This document shows, piece after piece, positions 51,893-64,000 of a DNA stretch of 64,000 nt. The stretch is from Klebsormidium nitens (lineage: Eukaryota; Plantae; Klebsormidiophyceae): assembly GCA_000708835.1 (NCBI GenBank), contig DF236987.1, forward strand, positions 1 through 64,000. The letters run 5' to 3'. The notes under the pieces are model-generated. The model saw only the letters and a list, made by a program, of their open reading frames with translations, was not told the origin of the DNA and did no database searches. Made by a program: the position numbers and the translations under genes. How positions within the stretch are numbered: position 1 is the stretch's first letter; the number at the start of each line of letters is the position of its first letter.

Positions 51893-51999
51893 GATCAGAT
51901 GGCCGAGCGGTCTAAGGCGCCAGCTTAAGGACTTCCGCATTCCCGGAAGGACAATCGCTGGTCTCTTCGGGGGCGTGGGTTCAAATCCCACTCTGGTCA
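51893..51999 (+). tRNA. trnL-AAG: tRNA-Leu(AAG) with a 25-nt intron at the canonical 37/38 position
   Basis: Acceptor stem GATCAGA/TCTGGTC, A box TGGCCGAGCGG, anticodon stem CCAGC/GCTGG, anticodon AAG at 51927-51929, intron 51931-51955, long variable arm, B box GGTTCAAATCC. T5 terminator at 52005-52009 and TATA-like TTATAT at 51855-51860. Confidence 0.93.
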
Positions 52000-52121
52000 C
52001 ACCCTTTTTCGCAAACCTTTCGTCCTCCCAAGCTCGCAATCGTAAAGCGAGGCCGCAAGGCGGTAGCAGCGGTAAACTTTTTGCTCGGTACAACTCTCCG
52101 CCCTTTTTGTTGCACTTAAAA

Positions 52122-52145
52122 TCGGGGGGGCTGCCGCCCCCCCGA
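52122..52145. other. Very stable GC hairpin TCGGGGGGG-CTGCCG-CCCCCCCGA
   Basis: 9-bp perfect stem (52122-52130 with 52137-52145) and a 6-nt loop, 120 nt downstream of the tRNA. Confidence 0.8.
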
Positions 52146-52619
52146 GCCCCCTCGCTCCCTCCTCTTGCGGTCTTGGCGTCGTTGCACGAAAGTGGACGAT
52201 AATTGAAGGCTTGCGAGATGGTCACGACTCACCACATACCTCTTTTGGTCCGAGCAGCTTCGTGAATGCGCATACTGGCATGCGCTTAGTTGGCATCCAG
52301 CCGGGGATCGGCGTCATGCAGAGCGGGACTCCGTTTGTTGTCAGCCTTTGCAATTTGTTATGGTTGCAAGCTCAGCGTGAATGATTGAAAGAGATGTTCA
52401 TTCATCAACGCTTTAATGAACAAGCAACTACATAGAATTAACTGCTATAGGATCGCAGCAATAGTACATGAAAATCTAAGAGCCGTTTCGAACATTTGCA
52501 CGTTTCTAGCGGCACCTATGATATTTTCTGCATGAAGATTCAGAGTCAAGGCCAGCAATATTCGAGGTTGATGTCATCCTTGGTGACGAGTTCATTGGTT
52601 CATGACTAGGTATGATTGT

Positions 52620-53241
52620 NNNNNNNNNNNNNNNNNNNNNNNNNNNNNNNNNNNNNNNNNNNNNNNNNNNNNNNNNNNNNNNNNNNNNNNNNNNNNNNNN
52701 NNNNNNNNNNNNNNNNNNNNNNNNNNNNNNNNNNNNNNNNNNNNNNNNNNNNNNNNNNNNNNNNNNNNNNNNNNNNNNNNNNNNNNNNNNNNNNNNNNNN
52801 NNNNNNNNNNNNNNNNNNNNNNNNNNNNNNNNNNNNNNNNNNNNNNNNNNNNNNNNNNNNNNNNNNNNNNNNNNNNNNNNNNNNNNNNNNNNNNNNNNNN
52901 NNNNNNNNNNNNNNNNNNNNNNNNNNNNNNNNNNNNNNNNNNNNNNNNNNNNNNNNNNNNNNNNNNNNNNNNNNNNNNNNNNNNNNNNNNNNNNNNNNNN
53001 NNNNNNNNNNNNNNNNNNNNNNNNNNNNNNNNNNNNNNNNNNNNNNNNNNNNNNNNNNNNNNNNNNNNNNNNNNNNNNNNNNNNNNNNNNNNNNNNNNNN
53101 NNNNNNNNNNNNNNNNNNNNNNNNNNNNNNNNNNNNNNNNNNNNNNNNNNNNNNNNNNNNNNNNNNNNNNNNNNNNNNNNNNNNNNNNNNNNNNNNNNNN
53201 NNNNNNNNNNNNNNNNNNNNNNNNNNNNNNNNNNNNNNNNN
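52620..53241. other. Assembly gap (622 N)
   Basis: Continuous run of N. Confidence 1.
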
Positions 53242-53881
53242 NCGTGCGTGTACTTGGCCTCGTTGAAGCCTTCTTGTACTCTTATAACAACTCTTAAAGA
53301 GGTATGTTTGTAGAAGCGTGCGAGCCTGAGTCTCGTCATGAACGATCTGCTAGGGCACCACATGGTATGTTTTGCGGCCCTTCTGACTTGGATATCCAAA
53401 GTGGTTCGAGTCACAAAATCCAGATCCGCATCGAGGCTACTAGGCTAGGCTCACGTATCATCCGAAAAATTCTACCGGTCTTCTACCATATATCTGGATA
53501 CGGCGGGCTGCAAACATCATCTGCCGCCCCAACATATATCAATTACTTTGCCACAACCTCATGATCAGAGGTTTTCATAATCGGTGCACGTAATTTGTTG
53601 CATGATATACAACAGAGAATTTTAGACACCTTAACAAGGCTTGCTTTAGATCTTTTACGCTCTGTACAGCTACTGGTATAGGACTATGTCACACCTCTCC
53701 AGATCCTCTGGGAGCCCAAGTTCACACAAGTTGTGCACTTTGAGTTGAAGTGATGCAAGCATGCCGACTTGAGAGCCATGATGTCGCCAACCACGGAATT
53801 TCCTTTCGCTGTACCGCATGATAGGGGGCTTGCAATATAGAACCATTTCACGTATTTCCGCTTTTCAAAATAGACGTATTG

Positions 53882-56800
53882 TCATTTGGGCGCGCTGTCG
53901 TTCGTTATTCCTGCCTCTGCAATCTCTTTTTGGACTAGACCTAGTTCCCGGCTTAACTCGTTGACCATCTCGTGCGCGCGCTTGGCGTGCGGATCTAGTG
54001 ACCGCTGCAACCGGGCTAACGTCTCGAACGGCAGCCGAACGCCTGCACGACGGAGGCCAAGATTGAGACAATCTGATTTCAAAGCTTGAAACAGTCGCAT
54101 CAGCAATACAGATCAAACGTACCTTGCAGCGAGCTTTGGAGCTAGTCCAGTTTCGGACCTGCCTCGGTCAGGCTGTTCTGGCGCTTTGTCCATTTCTCTG
54201 TACCTTGATCAGACTGTTTCGCGGCTGCGTTAGAAACCTATGCCACCCTTCAATCGAGGCTCGAACAATGAACTCCAAAATTTCAATCATGATAATCATG
54301 ATAAAGTGCACTCAAAAGCCAGATCAGCCAATATCCAGATCCGCTTTGCTCTTGGCTCAATCAGAGCTCCTTCGAAGCATTTCATATGTACCTAATTTCC
54401 TCACGAGTTGCCACATGTTTATTTGAAGCTTCTCCGAGTGACTCTGTAAAAGTTTACAAGCTTACGTGGCTTCCGTTTTGCCGGCGACCCCGCTCGTCCG
54501 TTCTTCCCCGTCACCCGGTCGACCGCCATCTCGTGCCGCCGCGCGCGCTTCAGAGTGTACATATCCTCGCGCAGCGCGCGCAGCAGCTCGCCCAGTTCCG
54601 CGCACTCCTGGTGCGCGCGGGCTTCCGCCGCCGTGCACAGCTCCGCCGCGCGCTGCGCTTGCTGCATGCCGCCGATCGCCGCGCGCTCGCGCAGTTGTAA
54701 CGACACGACTTCCTCCTCTAGGCTCTTCGTTCTCCTGCGGAGAAACCGGTGCCGTTGTTTTATGGGTGATTCAGGTGACGAAGTTGTGATGTGCACAAAG
54801 GTTCGGCTCTGCAATATGACGTCGACCTCGTCTGTGATGGAGTGGACATCTCCGAGCTGCGCGAAGCCGTCGGTCTCTTCCCAAGGCACACCCTAGAACG
54901 TTATCCTCCTTGTTCGTCCGATTGAAAGATCATCTTTGAGCGTTGAATTTCGAACGGAAGGGAAGGGTTTAACTACGAAGTTTAAAGAAGGGACCCTTCG
55001 AAGAAAGGAAATCTGAACTGACCAGACGGACACTCTCTTGGATCAGGCGTGTTGGAGGACGGACTTTCTTGCAACCTGTGTCCTTATCGGCTTCGCACTG
55101 TGAAGTAGATCAAACGCTCAGCAATGCCCACCTGGCCAACGCTTCGCTTCTACAGATTGCGTCCTCCGCGGCCCGCTTCTGGATCGCCACGTGGCGGCTG
55201 TCGCGCCGCGCGGCCGCGAGCTCGCCCTCCAATCTCGCCGTTTCTTGCCGCAGGTGTTTCACTTCGCGCTGCATCAACTCTAGAACCCGGCTCTCGCCCC
55301 CGCAACTCGTACTGACCGTCGATCTCGCCTGCTGCGAAGCGCTCATCAGCTGACTGTCGCGGGCGACCTCGAAGGGCGCATCTCTCGCCGAGCTGTCGCC
55401 GCTGGAGGCTCCGTTTCCCTCCGCTGATGACCCGCTCGCTGACGTCATCAAAAGGTCACCCCGCACGGCCCCCGAAGCGCAGTTTGTTCCGAGCGTCGCT
55501 GTGTGCGCTAGGTCAGATTCGTAGCGCGCGCTCGCGTCTCTGACCTCTTTTCTGAGCTCGCGCACTTGGTGCCTGAGCTCGCGCAGTTCCTGGTCGTACT
55601 GCTCGAACACGGCCGCGTGGGATGACGCGCGCTCCAGGAGGCGGCACCGCGCGCGCGCCTTGTGAAGCTCCAAGCGTAGATCGTCCAGCTGGCAAGATGA
55701 GGGAAGGACAAGTGTCACTCTTGGAAGCTGGATGCAGAAACGACTTCCATTCGAGATGAAAGCGGCCGTATCTTAGATGTTTACGGCGACAAGACCAAAT
55801 GTCGGCAAGTTCCACAAGCGCCACCTTCTCCTTGTTGAAAGTTTCTCTTCTCTTTATTCACTAAAACTAAGCTGCAAGAAGAAGCCGGTGAAAGAAAACC
55901 TTCAAGATTCTTGAAAGATACAGAGAAGATCTGTCAAGAAAGCAGAACTCGGATCCCCCGGTCTTTCGTTTTTCAGCAGGTTTTTCTACTTTACATAATC
56001 CTTCGCAAGCATTGCAGTCTACGGAGACACCGGGCCGGGTAGTTTGATTCAGCTCCGGACCCACAGAATACTCGCATGGCTGGCAAACCAAATCTGCAGT
56101 AATGAACACCAAGGCAGCAAAAAAAGCATGGGGAACCAAGGTAAACCAGGGAGTTACTGCTTCCAATTTCTCTCACCTTGAGACTGTAGCTGGTGCTGTT
56201 CTCCAGAAGTTCCCTCTCTAGTTCCGCCTCCCGCCCCTCCGTCTCTGCCCGCTTCTGCCTCTCCCTCTGTAGAAGCTCTAATAGGGCGTCATAGTCTCCC
56301 GCCTCCCCACAACTCTCCCCCGCTTTTCCCGGGCTCTGCTTTTTTCCACCAGCTCTCGGAATGTCTAGTTGGCCTCTAGAGGAGGAGGCAACCTCGGGGC
56401 TTGTTACACCTGTTCCTTGTTCCGGATTTCCGACTCTCTTGAGAGCTTCTGTACGTCCATCCATTCTCTCCGGAGAGACCGTATTGGATTTCGGCGAACC
56501 CTGCTCGTTCAAGGCTTTCCCCGCTGCTTGAACGTGTGGGCTATCATAGGCCACCTTCTCTTTTTGGCTGTTGATTTCCACCCTCTCCATTCGACTGTTA
56601 TACCCCACTTTTTCCAAATCGACTTCCAACGAAGCTTCCCTGGTCGTCTCCCGCTCAATCTCTTCCCGCCTCTTCCGTTCCGCAACTGAGGCAATCACGC
56701 TACTAGTCAGATCCTCGATCCGCCTTCTGTCCAACTTGTCTATGCTCGATCGCACCGTTTGACCGGCGCTCAACTTGCTCTTCTGCAACGCGCCCCTCCC

Positions 56801-59800
56801 CTTCTTTCCACTGCTTTTTGTTCCCCCCGGAGAGTCGCCGCCTGGCTGGGGGCTATCTCCGGGCCCTCCAATTTCGCCGTACGACCTTTCCAATCGGTGT
56901 TTTTTGCCATGTTTGGGCCTTTCAAACCCGCTGCTTGACACTACTCGGCTGGGAGAGCCTACCCGAGAGCTTTCCCGTGTTCCTGGTGTCAAAGAAGCGG
57001 CCAACCTTCTTCCCGTCTCGAATTGCAACTCTTCCTTCAGCAGCTGGTTCCTTTTTGGAGTAGCCCCAGCGCTTGCGGTTCTTCCTTCATCTCTTTCTGG
57101 GGCCTTTTCTATGCTGCTATTGATCCTATGCAACTGAAGCGTCCGCCCCACGTAGGCTTCGCCGTCTTCATAAACACTGCTTTTCGAAACGCTACCCCGA
57201 TCATTCTTTCCGTCCCCGTTCCGGTACACCGAAAAGGGATCGCGCTCCGCCGCTTCCCTATCCGTGCGCACCGTTCCCCCCACATGTTCTGGGCCCTGTC
57301 TCTCACATTCTCCCCCGTTTTGACCGTCGAACCCACCCGTAAGAGCCTCACCCGCTCCCGAAACAGGGCCTCCTTTCCTGGGGCTTTCCTTGTCAATCCT
57401 GCTAAAGACGTCTTCAAACTCCTTGTTCAGACTCTCCATCGCCTCAACCGCAGACGCTCTGCGCGGACGCGCACGCGCGGCCGCGCTCTTTCCGACGCGC
57501 GGCGACCGCGACGGCTCCCGCGAAAACCTTCCCGGGGGCGGCGTTCCGGCGAAAGTGCTCTCCTGTGGGCTCTCGAGCTCTCGGGAAAACGCGCCTACGG
57601 CCCGCCTTTCCTTCTCACCGGTCACTCTTCCCGGACTGACGTTTCCGCTTGGCGAATGCTTCTCGTAATTTCGTACTTTTCCTGCGTCCGGCGACAACAA
57701 AGAATCCAGTCTCGCCATCTTTGCAATAATCTCCCAGTCCTCGACTTGTTTCGGACTGGCCATCTGCTCGGACCGACTCGTCAGCTGGTCCGAATTACTT
57801 TCATCGTGCTCTTCTGTGAGCCCTTGCTCCGCCCCCTCCTTCCGAACGCTTATAATCGAGCCGTCTCTTCGAACGCTCCCCGGACGTTCTTCCGCCGCCG
57901 GAACGCTCTTGCGGTCCCAATCTTTCTCCGCCCAACTTCTCTCGTTCTCTGATTCCGCCCACGTCAAAGAAACCCCTGCCGAAGCGTCCCGTGCCGGAGA
58001 GAGCTTTGACCTCATCCGTGACGTCATCTTACCGACCCGCGGCGTAACAAACTCTGACGGGGACCGGTTTCCCTGGCTGCTGCAAGGAGAGTAGTCCGAT
58101 CCGTACGCGGACAGCGGACTGAAAGGGTGCGCGTGCGTGCACGCGCGCGACGTGGCGCGCGAGAGGACCCTCTGGACGGACTGCAGCCCTAACACCGCCA
58201 TCGGCGAGCCCTGTTAGACGATACGAAAACTCCGAGATGAGCAGTTTTCGTCCTCCAAGCAAAGAACGTTTAAGCGCAAGAGTGAATTTGACAGGTAATC
58301 TGGCTCCAAGGCACAAGACTTGAAGCATACAATATTCCAGGAGGGAACGCGAGAATCTGAGAGTACCTTCCGTTTCTTTGCCTTCGATCTGCTCATGGTT
58401 CGTGCCACTGAAATCTGGACATGTTGGTAACAGTCTTATGCCGTCACCCAACATCATCCATGAAGGTAATACGTGCCGACCGAAGTCACACAGTCTCAAT
58501 ATCATGCCGAACAGAGCCTCCAGTTGAATCGGATGTGCGGGTATGTCCTCCTCCCAGAGAGTGCGCTTTACTTCACGACCCACAAACAATGCTCCACCCA
58601 CTCGTCAAGCGCGGCCGCAAACGTGTTTAACTGGGCGGCAGCCCACCTGTGCTCGCAGGCAGGGCGTCACGATGGCACGTGCCCTGGTGGCGACCCGCAG
58701 CGTGTTGACCGAGTCTAGGTAGGAGTCGGCGGAAGGCGAAATGGTCGCCAAAAGGAACGTCTTGCAGTTGGCGGTCAGGGACGGCACCAGCTGGTTGGTC
58801 AGACTGTGGGGGGAGAAAATTTATCTCAGGAGCATTTGAATCGTTTAAAATATTCACGAGGAGCTGAAGCGATTAGGGTCCGCGTCTTCCGCAAGCAAGT
58901 GGGTTTGTTGGCTCTCAATCACATTCACGTGGCAAGGTAAACCCGCCCTTAGCCCTGCAAGTGGGTGAGATTGGCGGTTGATCTGAGGTCAGTCTGTCAC
59001 GCTCAAGTTATCGACTTCCCAATCTTTTGGTTTGACGGGGAGCCTCACGTTGAATCATCAGAGCATTCGGGACCGGTAGGTGAATGCCTGAACGAGCCTC
59101 TATCATCGGGCTCAAGAGCGGGTGAAGAGCATCTCCAATGTCAGAGAAAGCCCTAAACCCGACCCTCAAAAATGCAAAGGTCGGCAGTTCCGCCGGCAGC
59201 AGGCTTCAACACGAAGCAGACGGTACCATTGAGTCCCACAGTATACTACCACTAATCATGACGGCGAGCTGACCCTCGTGCAGGACGGGCGGGCTGCTTA
59301 CGAAAGCATGGGTGGAACATAACCTCAGCTCACAGCCTGTTTCTCCACATTGAGAAGGGCGGACCTGTAAGTCACCGACGGTGATCAACTTCCAGTACAA
59401 CTGTCCTTAGAGACACTTTACAACCACAGGTAACCAATGTATAAAAAGCGCAAGATCCAGATGGTTTGCAATCGAGGAGAGCCGCGCTCTTACGTCGTTC
59501 TGGGGCCGGTGAGCAGTCGGCTCGGCTGCGGCTTCCCCCGGGCGGCGTCCTCGCAGTGCTGACTGACCTCCGACAGCAACCGGGCCAGGGCGGTCAGTGA
59601 CCGCTGCGTGTTCAAATAAGCAGATTTTGGTTTTCTTCAGGCTTGGATTTTTCGGGGATGCGTGCGGCGACTTCAGGCAGACTTTTGAGACACGACAATG
59701 GACTGAAGCTTTACGGAGTCGATCTTTGACAGTTTTGAAGTCCGCAGAAAGTTCCTACAGCAACAGGGCCAAAGCAGGGAGGGACCGCTGTACGCAAACA

Positions 59801-62593
59801 CGCCAAGTAATCCTTTTTGCATTCTGCAAGCTTTCGGGGAATCTGCAGCCCCAAGCTTCTCTGACTACGCCATTCGATGATGGGAGACAGAAAACAGAAT
59901 GAAAACGGATACATGGGCGTTGGCGCCTAAAAAGCAGATCCTTTTCGGATGTACCGTCTCAGAAGTCAACGATATCGATCAATGACAACCTTTGCCAAAA
60001 GGGGATCCGCTGAGCCGCCTCACTACGGGGACTGGCCAGATTGGATACGTAATGACAGTTAATCAGACACCAGACAGCTCTTACGTCGCCGCTCATTCGG
60101 CAGAGCGAAACTGTGCCAATCGGACCTGATTGTCGCGCGCAGTCTTCCGGTCGATGTCCGAAAATGTGGACTCGGACGTTTGAGAGGTGGGCGGAGCTTG
60201 AGACGTCACGGACGGGAAGCCGGCAGGGTCGACTACCTGACAAACGAAAGGGCAGACTCAATTCACTCTGCCAAGTCTGCAATTCTGTTGCAATGAGAAT
60301 CAATGAAAATCCATCCCTGCCTGATTTGCGAAACGCTTTCCTTAGCAGGCCTAAGATTCTACTGAAAGAACGTGACAGAGCAAGAACTGTGCCAAAGTCG
60401 TTTGCCTGCTTAGTGACAAAAAAGCACGTCTCAGGAACCTGCTCGAGTTGGATCGCCCGCTGAGCTTCCTCTGAACCCCCAGGCTGATGTTTCAATTTTC
60501 CATGTCAGTCGGTTTGCCTGAGAGAATCAACCAGAACCGCTCTAGAAAACGGCTTCTCTGATTGTAAGCTCACCGTTAGAGTGCTGACGTGACTCTCGGG
60601 TCCACGTGTTAACGTCACCCTGACGAAAGCATGGGCCCGGTTGGGCAGCGGCCGAGCCCCTGCGTCCCCCTTTCGATCTTGCCAGTTTACGCTGGCTCGC
60701 CGACAATGCGAGAGCACAGATGTGACGTCAACCGGAGTCTCGATGAGGACTGCAGTAACATCGGTTGTGCCTGCCCAAAGGAGAAGATCAAGCATGAAAG
60801 ACTGGGACGAGAAAAGGCTACTGTGGCCGAGTCGGCAAAGCGGAAAGACAAGTTACCACACCTTTTAGGATGAACAAACGAATGATTTCTCGAAGAGAAA
60901 GATTCAGGACGAGACGCCACTCTCAGGAACCTAAGTTCAGAGAAGCATTTTTTTCCAAGCGGCTGTTGATCAAGCAACAGTCCGCAGCTTGAATGGACAC
61001 GTAATTTCTGCAAAGAAGAGCCACCTTTTGCGCAGCTGGCATGTTCTGCGATTCTGAAATGGTGAAAAGCCTAGCGTGTTGCACTGCAAAACACACAAAT
61101 CATGCCACAAATCTGTAATTTATTTACCTACACCAACTGACCGAATCTCTACATATATATTGCGCTGAGTCCGGATCTTACCGCTTAAGCTCGACCCCTG
61201 GCTCACCTATCGCAGACGCCTTGTCCCCTCTCAAGAGATCCACCGTCTTCTCCCCCCGCACCTCCCAGCACTGTAGCCCCACAGTGCAACTCCCGCTCTC
61301 AGTCTTTTTGCTTCTTTCGAGGAGGGTCGATAAGATATGGTGCATTAAGCCGTCCTGCTCCGACGCAGGACCATAAGAGCTCCCCCCGAACAGGGAATGC
61401 GATTTGCCAGTCCCTGTCTGACCATAGCCTAAGAGAAGGGCGTTGAAGCCGTCCCATAGCCAGTCAATGATTGGCGCGCCGACTTGGGCACAAAAGCCCT
61501 GCACAGAAGACATGGGCTGATGGGGCTTCGTCTGATAATGCACAAAATGGAACATTGGGCTCGTTTGAGTCTCTACGTTCAAGCGAATGCAACTTCAGTC
61601 GGGGAGTAATGACTTCTACACTACTATGTTTTGAGCAAGTGCATCTTCAGTTGGGCTCCCATCGCGCTTGCCTCAATATACTGTCAGGTCCATTAAGAAT
61701 CAGTCTTGCACAGAGGACGTCAAAGGCACTTTCTGACTGACCAACAGCCCAGTAAGCTGCCCCCAAACGAGGAATCTGACTGGGCGTATCGAATCTTTTG
61801 TGGCCCGAATGTAGCTACCACCAATTGAATCATTGAAATTTTGTGATGGCTCTTACAGGTCCCGCTTTTAGAAAGTCTGACTTAGGTGATGCACGCTTAA
61901 CAGCGCCAGCAACATTCACGAGATTGACCCAACAGGAGTAGTTTAGATGGCTCACCAGCTGAGAAGCGCCCGGCGGGAATGCCTGGGTGCAAGAAAAAGT
62001 ACGCGGGGTGGAGGTTGGGTAGCGGGGTTCCCTGTAAAACGCATGCCGTCATGAAATGCCCAGTACATATGTGATGTAATGCCAGGAGGAAATTCCGTCC
62101 TCTGGCAAAGGACAACCAACCAGCGCAAATGTTGGTAAAGCGACCTACTAAGCGATTATGAGCCACGTAAGCTGCTGCTTCAAGCCTTTGTGGGCAGCAC
62201 AGACCGGATTGGCGGTTAGTATCGTCGCACAATGCCATGTTATTATTTTAACATCCAAAGCGGCTCTCTTTGAAGGTGATTGAATACTCGCTGGATTCTT
62301 GACTGCACGCATTAGCGCCCACCGCTCATAATCCTCACAAACCTTTGAAGTGGGCTCGAAGCTGATTGTTTGCAGCAGCTCTGAACCGTCCATGTTCTCT
62401 ACCAGAATGAAAACGAATGCCAAAAGACCCACACCTACCTTAGTTTCACAACGTTCTCCTTCTCGTCCCTCCCCTCCCTCAGTTCGTGCATGCAAAGATC
62501 CGCCCCCGGAGGAGCTGGGCACACCCTCACAAACAGCTCCAGCCGGCCGATGCGGGCATTCCCACCACCCAAAGCGTCTAGCTGCTCCGCCAT
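53882..62593 (-). CDS. Divergent kinesin-like protein: N-terminal motor, long Ser/Gly/charged low-complexity middle, C-terminal coiled coil; exon structure only partly resolved
   Basis: ATG 62593 (MAEQLDALGGGNARIGRLELFVRVCP). P-loop exon LLLGYGQTGTGKSHSLFG (about 61500-61208), NRAHAFVRVTL (about 60780-60580), RSLTALARLLSEV (about 59608-59495), LVPSLTANCKTFLLATISPS...SVNTLRVATRA (about 58800-58645), a large exon of about 58215-56180, then coiled-coil exons to the stop at 53882. Confidence 0.82.
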
Positions 62594-63227
62594 GTGAATA
62601 GCCCCCGGAGTTAAGCAGGCGGGCAGGCTTTGCTCGTGTGCATTGCCAACGACTGGTGGGTACAACAATGGGGACCGCATTGTGGAAAACCCCGCTCACG
62701 TCGTGGGGGCGATGCGAGCAAGATCAGAAAAACGTGACCAACTCTGGAGTCTCACTCCTTGCAGCATTGCTCGCACATGGACACGGCATCCGATCTCGTT
62801 CGGAACAGGTCAGCGCTGAGCTGTTCCCTCAAGTGAGCCCCTACCAAGACGGCACCATGAGTAAGACTGCGCAGAAAAAGAGCCGTCTATCTAATCCACT
62901 CAGGTAAGGAACTGAGATTGGCCCAAAGCTGCGGATTGCCACCCAGTTCTTGGAATGCCAGCCACTGGATTGGATTCTATGAAGTCCGACGATTGAGCCG
63001 CCGAATGCTCCGGACCAGGCCACTCCAAAGCATGGAGGGTGATCAGTTCTACAATTCTGATTACGTACGTTCAGAGATTCTTTGAGGGGCCTTTGAGCTC
63101 AAGTCTTTCCATATTGTTAAAACAAAGAAACGTCTGATCAGATATACTTTTCGCCTGCTTCGTTGGCCATCTAAAGCCTTGCAGAAGCTGGCCACAGAAT
63201 CCGCGCAGGAGAATTCTACTAGCTGGC

Positions 63228-64000
63228 TTATGTACGCGCATTAAGTTTTGCTCTGCGCAATGCATGCCGTTCTTTGACAAAGCCTTCTGTCTGCAGCTCA
63301 GCGCAGCGGCGAAGCGTCAGAAGCGCCGCGAAACTTGTCGACCTGCTCCATGAATACAAAAGTATTAATCCCAAAACTTTGGGAGCGTCAGGGTGAAGGG
63401 TCTGCCATTGACCAGCATTGTAATCAACATCCAAGTCCAGTCCAGCTGTCCAGAGTGGTCTGTCAACCGCCGCCTTGGTGCTCGCCGCAAAAGTACTGTG
63501 CGCGAGCACCTGATATTGCCGGCGAGGGGTATAAAGCTCCGCAAGGGTGATCCCCCTGCAGAGGGGTTCAAGCAGACTTTCGATCAGGGGTTGATACAGC
63601 TTGTTTGTAACGCTCGCGCCATCCTGCAGGGCAAGCGTAACAAGGGAAGACTGCCAGACTGGATGTTTCGTTACCAGCGATCAAACCTGGCTTCTCCGCA
63701 TTGCAAGAGGCGAGCTCAAATCTGCACATTTGTGATTCAAGAGCTCCTTCGATCTCGCCTTTGCTTGTTGTAAGTGGAGGGTCAAGCCTCTGTTGCGAAG
63801 ATCTGCTCTTCTGCAGAATTCTTCGTTGCAAAACGGGCTAGCATTCCAACAAAAGTGGCCTGCTGTTGGCTTGATCCAGACAATCATGGTATCTGGGCAA
63901 TGTGCGGCTAGCTCCTCTGCTTTGCAATCCACCTTCCTTCCATCAACCGCAGCCAACAGCTTCGCGGATCGCACTTTGGGCGGTAATGGTGCTATCTTGA
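63228..64000 (-). CDS. Possible 3' end of an unidentified spliced gene running off the window
   Basis: Plausible AG-bounded exons near 63627-63510 (DGASVTNKLYQPLIESLLEP...) and 63338-63228 (STSFAALLTLRRCAELQTEGFVKERHALRRAKLNART*). No recognised motif. Confidence 0.3.

Noticed and set aside
43487-51999. Functional linkage of TRM10 with the nearby G9-containing tRNA-Leu
   Set aside because: They are separated by PEX11, G9 is common in tRNAs, and the enzyme acts in trans.
52000-52200. tRNA-linked telomerase RNA
   Set aside because: No CCCUAAAA-type template is present on either strand in this stretch.
52506-53414. Four ORFs of 216-302 aa in the ORF track
   Set aside because: Artefacts of translating through the N gap.

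Overview
Eukaryotic nuclear DNA with many GT-AG introns, GC-rich codons and one 622-nt N gap (52620-53241). Flagellar radial-spoke genes, plant-type plastid and peroxisome genes, TTTTAGGG-type repeats and an intron-containing tRNA-Leu point to a flagellate-producing green alga, most likely Klebsormidium-like (inference). I rebuilt 12 spliced protein genes by hand: MetAP2(+), RSP4/6(-), RSP14(+), DUF6816-like(-), a HIG1/Rcf1 small gene absent from the ORF track(-), PNPOx-like/FNR-like oxidoreductase(+), ispD(-), RPS17(+), cysteine synthase(-), TRM10(+), PEX11(-) and a divergent kinesin(-). There is also tRNA-Leu(AAG) and a possible partial gene at the right edge. Most striking: gene orientation alternates almost perfectly, and every fully sequenced tail-to-tail junction holds a 0.7-1.1 kb block of distinctive DNA (alternating purine-pyrimidine tracts plus GGCC/CCGG islands) that I did not see at head-to-head or tandem junctions. 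Also notable: a candidate bicistronic HIG1/DUF6816 locus with an 85-nt spacer, head-to-head radial spoke genes, and a small intronic repeat family with an inverted pair around two exons. All protein identities come from recalled family motifs, not database searches.
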